Assembly: GCA_025558095.1 (NCBI GenBank)
Contig: JAIVFI010000026.1
Coordinates: 310,001-374,000, forward strand
DNA from: Hyaloraphidium curvatum SAG 235-1
Taxonomy: Eukaryota > Fungi > Monoblepharomycota
Direction of reading: 5' to 3'
Length of the DNA stretch: 64,000 bases
Numbering within the stretch: the first letter of the stretch is position 1; the number at the start of each line of letters is the position of its first letter. Shown piece by piece: positions 22,079-32,527 of the stretch. A program made the translations under genes and the position numbers. The notes under the pieces are model-generated. The model saw only the letters and a list, made by a program, of their open reading frames with translations, ran no database searches and had not been told where the DNA came from.

Positions 22079-23098
22079 ATGAAGACCCTGATTACCGGCG
22101 GCGCCGGCTTCATTGGTGCCGAGCTGGCGAAAATGCTCGCGGAGCGGGGAGAGGGCCCGATTATCATCTCTCACCGGACGGGGAGCAACCTGGACCGCAT
22201 CATGGACCTGATGACGTCGGGCAAGGTGGAGACCTGCCTCATGGACCTGAACGATCCGGCCGAGGTGGAGCGCGTGGTGCTGGAGCTCAAGCCGGAGCGG
22301 ATTTTCCACTTTGGCGCGGTGCTTTCGGGGCCGGGGGAGGAGGACCCGGCGGGGCTGCTCAACGCCAACGTGGTGGGATTCATCAAGATCATCGAGGCCG
22401 CGAGGGTCGTCGGGACGAAGCAATTCATATTCGCCTCGTCGATCGGGACCTACGGGAGAGACATTGACCAGACCGAGATCGACGACATGAGCCTGCAGAG
22501 GCCCAACATCGTCTACGGCGTGAGCAAGGTCTTTGGGGAGAACCTCGGGGCTTACTACAAGCACAAGTACGGCATGGACTACCGGGGCCTGCGCTACCCT
22601 TCGATCATCGGTCCGGGCGTGACGACCATGTCGTTCGTGCAGTACACGAGCTGGATGATCGAGCACCCGGCGCTCGGTAAGCCCTTCAAGGTCTGGGTGA
22701 GGCCCGAGGCGACGACGCCGGTCCTGTACTACAAAGACGCTGCGCGGGCGGCGATCGACCTCATGGACGCGCCCCTGGAGAAGATCAAGGTGCGTTTTCG
22801 CTGCTCGACTGCTTGGTGGTGCTCAGTGCTGATCGACGTTTGGCAGGCCATCAATTATCTCGTAGACGCCAAGAACGGCTACAAGAATACACCATCGGCG
22901 GGGCAGATGGCCGACATCATCCGTTCCAAGATCCCCGGCGCGCAGATCACGTTTGACGAGGACGCTGCGGGCCCGCCGCGCAACATCAGGATCAACGACT
23001 GGGTGGCCCGCGAAGAGTGGGGTTGGTCGCCCCAGCTGGATTATCCGGGAATGGTGGATGCCATGATCGCCGAAGTCGCGGAGACGAAGGCAATGTAG
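22079..23098 (+). CDS. NAD-dependent epimerase/extended SDR, L-threonine 3-dehydrogenase-like
   Basis: LITGGAGFIG, HFGAVLS..GE, ASSIG, RPNIVYGVSK, DYRGLRYP; intron 22790-22846. Confidence 0.88.
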   Translation: MKTLITGGAGFIGAELAKMLAERGEGPIIISHRTGSNLDRIMDLMTSGKVETCLMDLNDPAEVERVVLELKPERIFHFGAVLSGPGEEDPAGLLNANVVGFIKIIEAARVVGTKQFIFASSIGTYGRDIDQTEIDDMSLQRPNIVYGVSKVFGENLGAYYKHKYGMDYRGLRYPSIIGPGVTTMSFVQYTSWMIEHPALGKPFKVWVRPEATTPVLYYKDAARAAIDLMDAPLEKIKVRFRCSTAWWCSVLIDVWQAINYLVDAKNGYKNTPSAGQMADIIRSKIPGAQITFDEDAAGPPRNIRINDWVAREEWGWSPQLDYPGMVDAMIAEVAETKAM

Positions 23099-23340
23099 GA
23101 ACCTCGGAAAACGGACTGGTAGATGGATGCAATGAACACATGAGAGATGGGCTCAAGTCGACCTGGAAACCCGAACGTACCGCGGACGCCACAATAGCTG
23201 GGGATGAATACGACCTAGAGATTCAAACACATGGATGGATGTCCTTATTTCTGAGCGGATGGAGGCGGACCGCGGACTGTTTGGCGGGAGCGCGGACGAC
23301 TCGGTCGTCAGGGCACCCATCGCAGATAGACACCACCGCG

Positions 23341-25657
23341 ATGTCCCGGCCGCCCGACGCGCCCGAGGCGCCTCCGCGCACGTCGTCGCTGGCCGGCCGG
23401 TCAGGGCGATCGACTCCGCGCCCGGGCGAATCCTCCCCGTCGGTTGTCCCGGGCGTTGTGCACGGCGAGACGGTTCAAATCCGGCCGCTGACGCCCGCGA
23501 GCGGCACGCCGCCCGATGCGCCGCCGTCGCCCGCCGCGTCGCCGTCGTCGCCGCCGCTGCCGCTGCCCGCGATATCCTCCGTCACCGAGCTGCACCGCAC
23601 GCCGTCGGTGTCGTCGCACGGCGTGCCGAACCTCACCATGCTTTCCGAGAGGCTCAAGTCGCAGACGCTGGAGGAGGCCAAGGAGAAGGAGGCCGAGATC
23701 GACAAGCGCATCTTGTCGACGACGGACGTTGCGGAACGCGCCCGCCAGGAGGGCGTGCGCGAGGGCGTCGGCAAGGGCTCAGAGGAGGGCACCGTGAACG
23801 TGTTCTCGTCGCTGGAGGAAATCTACAGCGAGGCGCGTCTGAAGCCCGTGCGGGAGCGCTACGTGAGGCTCAAGGCAAAGTTCGCGGAGCTCTATGGGGC
23901 GGAGCCGGAGTTCTACGCGCGGGCCCCCGGTCGCGTCAATCTCATCGGTGGGCCTTCCGGCAGCGGTTGTGCCTTTGCTTCGTTCTGACACCGCTCCGCT
24001 GTGCTTGTTTTTTGTGCTGCTGCTGGTGCCGGGACACAGGCGACAACATCGACTCCAACGGGTACTCCGTCCTGCCTCTGGCTCTGGACCGCGGGATCAT
24101 CGTGGGCAGCGATCGGCGTCGCAAGGCGACAATCCTCACCGCCTTCCCCGCCAGATCGCCGCCCGGAAATACGACAAGGAAAAGGCCGACCTCAACAACA
24201 TCGACCCCGCCTACACCCACCGCGCCTTCGCCATCCTCCCCGCCGGCGACTCGTACGTCGACTTTGACCCCAAGAAGCCGGACTGGGCCACCCGGGCCAA
24301 GTCCGCCTTCCGCTCCACTTGCGAGGCCCTCAAGCTCGAGCACCCCGCCGGCATCCAGATCCTCGTGGACGGCAACCTCCCCGCCTCGGCCGGCCTGGCC
24401 TCCTCCGCCGCCTTCGTCGCCGCCATCTCCGCGGTCGTGTGTCGCGCCAACGGTCGTACTATGACCCGCGGCGAGCTCGTGCGCGTGGCCGTGGCCGCCG
24501 AGGAGGTGCTGGGGATCCAGTCGGGCGGTGCGGACCAGGCCGCCGTGATCCTGCCTCCGAGCAAGGGTACCGTTCTCCTCGTCTCCTTCGCCGGCGACAT
24601 GCGTTCCGAGGTCGTCGTGCTCCCCGCGGGCGCGGCCTTCGTCGTCGCAGACTCAAAGGTGGCGGTCGATAAGATGCGGTCGGCTCCTTCGAGGCAGAAC
24701 GTGCGGGTGCTCGAGACCCGGCTCGCCGCCGCGGCCATCGAGAACGACCTCAACCTTCAGTGCGAGTCGGCGAAACGCCCGACGTTGAGGATGGTGCAGG
24801 ACGAGTGGCTTGAGAGGGAGGAGAAGGAGTTTGGGGAAGGCGTCGGCAAGGAGGTCGACGAGATCAATGAACTCAAGGACCTGGTGGAAGAGCGGTGGGC
24901 GCTCTTGGAGGGCGACCACAACTGGACCCAGCTGGGTTACTCGGAGAATGACGCCGCGGACGAGCTGGGCATGACGGTGGCTGACCGGCCGATGGCCGGC
25001 TCGACCTTGACTGACTTTCGCTTGCCTGTCGACAGGTCGAGGACATGCGGTTACGCTACTACTCCGACATTCCCCTCGTCATCCCCGAGCGTCTGCACCT
25101 GTACCGCCGCGCGATCCACGTCTTTGGCGAGGCCGCGAGGGTGTACCGCTTCCGCGACACGTGCCGCAAGGCCGCCATCGAGGAGGAGCTGGGGATCAAG
25201 AGGGGCGACGACGTGCTGAAGGTGGGAGGGACCTGACTGGTGGTCAGGGAGCTGCTAACCCTGTCGTTGCGCAGGAGCTGGGAGCGATCATGAACGAGTC
25301 GCACAAGTCCATGTCGGAGCTGTACCAGAACTCGTGCCCCGAGGTCGACGAGCTCGTCGGCATCTGCATCGCCGAGGGCGCGCTCGGGTGCAAGATGACC
25401 GGCGCGGGCTGGGGCGGGTGCGTGATCTCGCTCGTCAGGGAGGCCGACGTGGACGGGTTTGTGGAGAGGGTGCGGAAAGGTGGGCTCGCCCTCCCCTGCG
25501 ACAGTTCGTTGCACGGCTGACGCCTGTGCCCGCAGCGTACCACGACAAGAAGTTTCCGGACAAGGCGGAGGACCCGAAATGGCAGGATGAGGTGGTGTTT
25601 GGCACTGGCGCTGGCGTCGGGGTGGGCACGATCGAGGCATCGGACGTGCGGCTATAG
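23341..25657 (+). CDS. Galactokinase/GalNAc-kinase-like GHMP kinase with altered sugar-binding signature
   Basis: RAPGRVNLIG|DNIDS, LPASAGLASSAA, SGGADQAA, RAIHVFGEAARV, MNESH, CPEVDEL, KMTGAGWGGC; several introns. Confidence 0.88.
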
Positions 25658-25803
25658 ACGGGTGTAATGCTATGCTTTACCACGGAATTGACCACCTCAA
25701 TCCACCTAAACGACGTTTTTCGGAGGCTAGTGAACCACCACATCCACATCCAATCACAACCTCCCCAATTCGGCACAAAACAAATGCATCTTCAAACTCT
25801 TCA

Positions 25804-27548
25804 TCAGTTGACAATCGGAAAGTTCGCTTCCACCATCCTGAATGCATTTTCCCAGATCTTGGTGGACTCGGCGTATGACAGCAGGGCGCCGACATGGAAA
25901 GTACCTTTGTTCCCCTGCAGGCCGGCGATCACGGTGTACGGATTTGGGCTCCTCGCCAGCGCCTCGGGGGGGAAGTGCGGCTGGAAACCTTTGTGGCGGT
26001 AGAACCTCTCGAGTGTCACTTTAGCTATGGCCGTTTGGGGGATGTTCGCGATCTGCGCCTCCACGAAGCTCCTGACCTGGTTGTCGTCCAATGGGAAGTC
26101 CGAGTAGGCGAAGCCGGGCGCGAGGAAGTAGGGTACCAATCGCCCGAAGGCGGTCACTGTGGGTGGAGCTGGTTGCGTGCCACCGGCCAGGAGATTCAGG
26201 TTGGTGAGGCTGAAGTTGGTCACAGTAGACAGCGCTCCTCCCTCGATGCCGAAACCGAGTGCGTAGTACTCTCGGAAGCGGACGTCGGCGAAAGCGGCCC
26301 GCTCGCGATCGTCCAGGTCCAGGATCGCCAGGTTCGCCAGGGTCTGCGGGATGGCGACCACGAGCTTGTCCGCCGAGTAGACCTTGGTTGCTTGGTTGCC
26401 GACCTTGACAGTCAGCTGGACACCATCCGCCGTCCTGACGATGTTCCGCACGTCCGACTTAAAGTAGACCTTGAGAGCATTTCTGTCAGCGAAGTTACAC
26501 GGAGGGGTGCTCATGAAAAGACGCACTTTGTTTCCACCCCTGCTGAGGAACCGGGCGATTCCTTCGTAGAAGTTGCCGCATCCGCCTTCTGGCAGCAGCC
26601 CTGTGCGCTGGAACAGTCCGAGGACGAGGATTCCGCGCCGCAGGTTCAGCAAAGCGTACAGGGTCGTGAGTTTGTCGTAGGACCCCACTCCGCCCGACAA
26701 AAGCACAGCAGAAAAAAACGAATTGACTAGGGGCTCGATAGCGGGGTTGGCGGCGATGAACTGGCTGAAGGGCACGAGCAGTTCTGACGGGATGGGGTCG
26801 GGGAAAAGCCCGGCGGATTCGAGCCAGGGGTACTGGTTGACGATCGCAAAGAGAGCTGCGAGAGGCCCGACGAGTGCCGAAAAGTCGCCCGAGAGCGGGC
26901 CTATGGGTCCTATGCCTGCAGAAAAGTCGGCGATGTAGGCCGGGCTCGCGTAGCTTGTGAACGAGAACAAGTCAGGCGGACACACGTGAGCCGTACAAAG
27001 ATCGTGATCACCTCCGAAAATCAATCGGGCGCACGCCGCGGGACGAGAACCTGGCAACATGGAGGTCACTGCGGACTTTCCAGGGGCCGTATGCGGGGTC
27101 GAAGAAGCCAAATTGGTTCAGGAAGGTCGTGTTCGTGTATATGTTGACCCTGGCCGTAGCAAGAGGCGTCAACATCGGAAGATGGATCGAAGGTGGTTGA
27201 TACAGACCCATAGTCGACCCAATCCGGGGCGCCCGGGTAAGGAGGGTTCTTGGACAGTTCCTTGGGAATGTCCTCGGTGTCGCAGTGACCGCCCAGGGTG
27301 TCCTCGGCCTGTGACAGTTGAAGATTACTTGACCGTCCGCGGCTCGTACCGGGACTGCTACTGACCTCGAAGACGCACACGCGGTAGCCGCGGTCGACGA
27401 GGAACACGCCTGTGTTTGCCCCTCCGGAGCCTCCCCCTAGAATCGCGACGTCGCAGTCCCTCTGTGGAGCCGGCGCCCCAGCGGCGAGGCTGGCGAGGAA
27501 GGCGCCCGCGAAGGCGAAGAGGAGCGAGACGCGCGTTCCCGCTGGCAT
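25804..27548 (-). CDS. Secreted FAD-dependent oxidoreductase (flavin amine oxidase-like)
   Basis: Signal peptide MPAGTRVSLLFAFAGAFLASLAAG; VAILGGGSGG; LGGHCDT; C-terminal TFHVGALLSYAESTKIW; several introns. Confidence 0.82.
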
Positions 27549-28838
27549 CTTGCGGGTCAGGAAGGCGCGCTTTCGGGCGGGCACCTTGGACGGCGTGTCA
27601 ATAAGCGGGAAGAGTGCCGGCCGGGAATGCCTGATCAGCGCAATGTCGCCCGCGACAATGGGTTGCCGCAGAAATGACGAAATGTGGCCCAGGCGCAAGG
27701 TCTTTGCGGGCTGTGTGGCTCTTGGCCCCCGATCGGAGCCCCGTTTGTGCCTTGCGCAAGCCAGTTTGCGATTCTCGAGGCGCGGACTCGGCGACAAAAC
27801 TCCGCATGACTTCAGCGGTTTGGTGAGAAGTCTGTGCAGACTCGCGAAGTTCTTGCTACACAGCCACGGGCGGAGCGGAAGTTCCGCCCGCAACAATTCG
27901 TCGCCCGATCTTGCTTGAGATCGCCCCGATCCAAAATCCAAGGTGGGGAGGGAAATGGACATCCTCAACCGGACCAGACGCCGATGCCGTCGGCTCCGCT
28001 TTGAACCACCCCTGATCCAGTCCTGCTGAACTATCGCACCCGCATGAAGGCCTAAGGTGCAAACCCAAGCGGTACTCGGCCGCGCCGCACTGCTCGCATT
28101 CGGAGACAAACGTGACTTTGATATCGGATCTTTTGCTCTTGGGCACCTGCGAGTCGAATGGTCAGCGAGCGAAGACCCTCCGGACGCCGTTCGGTTGTCA
28201 CCCACGAGCGCGGCGGCCCTCGCCTGCACGGAGAACGGGACGATTGACACGAGCAGCAAAGCGAGCGCGCGCGTGGCGAGCGTCGCGGGGCTTCGGCGGG
28301 AGAGAGCCTCGCAGTTCTTATCGCAGGAGGTTTAGAGCTTCAGGCGCTCATCCACTACAAGAACGAACCCCTCCCGTTCATGCAGACATGCAATATGGCG
28401 AGCATCTACTGCGGTGATCTCTGCCGGCGTGTCGTGCAGCTCGGTCGTGCTGGAATTTGGGCAGCGGCCACCGTTTGGTCCCGGCCTGGTCCAAGAGACG
28501 GGTGCGTCCTCGAGCTCCTTGGCTCCGTGCCCCTAATGGCATTCGCCTCCTTATGTCCGCGACACCATACACGCATCGCTGATCGATCCCAGCACCTTGC
28601 CACGTGCGCCACACGCGACGTAGAGGCCGAGCGAAGGGGACCGGGAAATCGGGTCCAGTCGGGGCTCACCAGCCATGCCCGACGCTGTGACCGACGCAAA
28701 ATAGTGCGGCTCCGCCCGAAACATCGCCCCGACGTCCAGCTTCGCCCCGACGCCCAGAACATAAGCAGCGCGCTTCGGAGGACTCCTGTCCATCATCACC
28801 AGCGACCAAAGTCGACAATCCACCATCACCCGCCAGCT

Positions 28839-29990
28839 ATGGTCGCACTCTACAACCTCTTCCTCGGCGCCTCGGCACTCCTTGGGCTTGCGCTCCAATC
28901 GGCCGCCGCACCGATCGCGCAACCGCCCCTCATGGGCACTCCGGCCCCGGCAAACATTACCATGGACCCGTACTACGGTGCCATGCCGATCTTTCCCAAC
29001 GCCACCTTGCACTCTGGAAAATCGTCTATGACCAACGCGACGGAACAACTTGGCCGGCGCCAGGCTGGGGGATCCTTGAGTGCGTACCGTGTCGAGCAAC
29101 TCCTTGGTCTGGCGCTGACAACTTGACCTATCGCATCAGACTACGAACTCAATCAGAGGGTCCTTGATCAGCTTGCCGCCAGGGTCTCGAAAGACGTGTA
29201 CGGCGGTCTCCAGATGTCGTACACCATCCGTTACGTGGACAGTGCTGGCGGTTGCGGAACGGCAACTTTCTTCCAAGTCATTGCCGCCGAGGAAGTTGCC
29301 TTCTATGTCTCCCAGCAGATCGGATGGAACCTCGTCGTCTTTCAGGGCACTGTGCAGACGAACGGGGAGGATTGGTGGGATAATGTTCAGTACGGGCAAG
29401 CGGACTGCTGGTTGGAGGGTCCGTGCGGCAAGATCCACCACGGATTCTTCAACGAGCTTAAGGAGCGGTCGAAGCGTTTCCGCTACCTCGTGAACCTAGG
29501 TCTTCCGACGCTCGTCACGGGGCACTCCCTTGGTGAGCAATGAAACGGATGTCTAGCTACCGGATTTACTGATGGACGTTCTGCAGGCGCCGCCTTGGCG
29601 ACGGTCGAGGCTCTGCTTTACAAGCGCTTGGGCTCCCCCGAGGTCCGAGTCGTCACTTTCGGCTCCCCGCGCGTGGGCGATCCCGAATTCAGGGATCACT
29701 TCTATCAGAGCGGCATCAGCTCGGCATCGCGGTACGTCAACTTCTACGTCGAGTTCAACGGGGAAACGAGGTCCGACACGGTCACGCACAGCCCAGCCGA
29801 GGTCATGTGGCGGTTCTGGAATCCTCTCTGGCCCTACTTGTACTACAGCCATGTCGGCAACCCGATTTTGATGGACGTCACGCGGCCCGAGTTCCTCGGC
29901 TGCCTGACCTGCCCCGGCTTTCAGCTGCACTCAATGGACCTGTACGTCGCGGAGCTGGAGCGCCGCGCCTTCAAGGCGAACTGGTGCTGA
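28839..29990 (+). CDS. Secreted class 3 lipase
   Basis: Signal peptide; VVFQGT, IHHGF, VTGHSL|G nucleophile elbow, TFGSPRVG, D.VTHSP, HSMDLY; two introns. Confidence 0.9.
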
Positions 29991-30309
29991 TGCAGGACGA
30001 TAGGCTAAATAGCATAGATCTTCGTCACGGGAGCGACTATGTCACTATTTCATTGTATGGAGTTGAAGTCAGAATGAAGCGCGGCTTTGCATCCAGGCAG
30101 CACCGCTCAATATCGTCCGACGCCTCGCAATGTACGAGGCAGGGCCGAATAATTGGTATCTGTCTGTTTGATTGGGCGTCCGGCAAGATTCTACGAGCTT
30201 CGCCTTTTGACAGGTGCAATTCTCCGGCATGGTATTCCCGGCGGCATATGCTGGTGCGGGCGTCCCGATCTCTTGTCGCCGAAAGAGTCTCCCCGCGCTC
30301 GGTCCCGCG

Positions 30310-32334
30310 ATGCCCCCGAAACGCGACGCGAGCGCGGCGGAGGACGATGCGCCTTCCGGCCTCCGCCCCGTCGCGTCGCTCGCCTTCAGCTCGGACTTCA
30401 CCTCCCTGAAGGGCGACCCCCTCACGCCCCGCTGGCCCCCGCCCGTCGAGGCCGCGCACCCGCGGGAGCTGCCGCCCGGCTGCCTGTGGTCGTTCTGCGC
30501 GCCCGAACCGGCGGAATCGCTGCGGCTGGTGGCCGTCGACGCCGCCGCACTGGCCAATCTCGGGATCGAGTGGTCGGGAGCTGGGGACCCATCTTCTCCC
30601 TTTGCCGGGATGATGACGGGCCAAAGCCTGCCCCGCGGAGCGAAGCCGTTCGCGATGCGCTACGGCGGCACGCAGTTCGGGCACTACGCAGGGCAGCTGG
30701 GCGACGGGAGGGTGGTCACGCTCGGGGAGCTGGAGGTGCCCGAGCTGGGCGGCAAGGTCGAGCTCCAAATCAAGGGCGCCGGTGTGACGCCCTTTTCGAG
30801 GCGGGGCGACGGGTACGCTTCGTTGCGTGGCTGCGTGAGGTGGGCCGGCCCGCGATCGCTCGCCGTCCGCAGTTGGAACTCATTGATCTCTCCTTGTTCG
30901 CCGGCCCCTGACAGGGAATGGCTGTTCTCCGAGGTCCTCCACGCCCTCGGCATCCCCGTCGCCCGCACCCTCTCCATCTACCTCACCGGCCGGCAGGTGC
31001 AGCGCGACCGCGGCCCCGAGCCCGGCGCGATCCTGTCCCGCGCCGCGCCCTCGTTCGTCCGCTTCGGCACGTTCGAGCTGCTCGCGGCCGAGAACCAGCT
31101 CGAGGCGCTCAAGGCGCTGGCGGACTACGTGGCCGAGAGGCATTTTCGTCCCTGCCTGGACGACGTGGCGGGGTGGGCTAAGGGGACCAACAAGTACGGG
31201 CGGATCCTGCTCGACGTTGCGGAACGGAACGCGGCCATGGTGGCCGCGTGGCAGGCCTACGGGTTCTGCCATGGGACGATCAACACCGACAACCTGTCGG
31301 TACTGGGCCTGACCATGGACCTGAGCGGGCCCAGCGCCTTCATGGACGCCTTGTGAGTGACGGCAGCATGGCACCTCCTTGCCCCGGCAGTTAATCGCAC
31401 CTCTCCCCGCCCTACAAGCGACCCGAACTGGACGCCCAATCTCTCGGATCCCGGAGGCCTGTATGCCTTCGACCAGCAGCCCGACGCCGTCCGCGAGGGC
31501 ATCCGCACGCTGGCGCGCAGCCTCGCGCACCTTGTCGCCGACCGCACGGGGGCAGACCCCGTCGAGCGCACCGCGGCCCACTTCGACGCGTGCTTCCGCC
31601 GGCGCTACCTCGAGCTTATGCGGGCGCGGCTGGGGCTTGCGAGGGAGCGCGAAGGGGACGGGGAGCTAACCGATTCGCTGGTGGGGCTCCTCGCCGAGGC
31701 GAAAGCGGACGCGCACGTCTTCTTCCGCCAGCTGTGCAAGTGGCGCGCCTACATCCCGCCGATCCGGGGCTCCAACCTGCCCGAGGTGCCGGATTTCCCG
31801 GGTATGCTGGCGAAGTGGCACGCCGAGCGCGGCGGGCGGCGCGGCGGACCCGGCGAGGACGCCGAGGGCGTGCGGAAGCGGGCTTCCGAGTGGTTCGAGC
31901 GGTACACGGCGCGCGTGTTCCGCGAGAGCGAGGCGTGGGACAGCCTGATCGAGCTGGACAGGAAACGGCAGGCGCGGATGCGGGCGGCCAACCCGCGCCT
32001 GGTCCCGCGCGGGTGGATCGCGGACGAGATCGCGCGCGAGGTCGAGGCGTGGGCCGCGGCGGGCGATGCCGAGGACGGCGTTGAGGGGCTGGGCGGGGCG
32101 ATGGGGCGGCTCGAGGCCATCACGGTGCACCTGCGGGCGGGGCGCCGCGAGTCCGAGGGGTGCGCGGCGCTGGGGCGGGCGGTGCGGGTGCTGGTGGGCG
32201 ACCTGTGGGGCGGGCTGTCGGAGGAGCTGGGCAACGGCGGGCTGCGCGACGGCGAGGAGCGCGATCGGGCGCGGCGGTGGGCGCGCGAGCCCGAGGGCAA
32301 GCGGGCCAACATGCTGTGCACGTGCTCGTCGTGA
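30310..32334 (+). CDS. SelO/UPF0061 protein adenylyltransferase (Fmp40-like), Cys form
   Basis: YGGTQFG..AGQLGDGR, KGAGVTPFSRRGDG, HGTINTDN, NPRLVPR, C-terminal CTCSS; start uncertain (in-frame ATG also at 30229). Confidence 0.9.
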
Positions 32335-32527
32335 GCAGGCGGGTTGCGGGCCAACGCGACGCCCCCTGCCCGCCGAGGTACGTGGGACAGAGGCTAGAAG
32401 AACAACCTGTTGTGGCCAGGACCGAAGAGGGGCGATCGTGATTCATGGTCGGCGGATGAGTGATGGGGTCCTTGTGATCAGATCGACGACCAAGCCGGGG
32501 TCTGCCACGTTCGGTTCAGCGACAGCG

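Noticed and set aside
27549-28838. 1.3-kb gap between the divergent oxidoreductase and lipase genes as a hidden gene or ncRNA
   Set aside because: ORFs lack codon bias and motifs; no repeat or clear structure seen; probably promoters/UTRs
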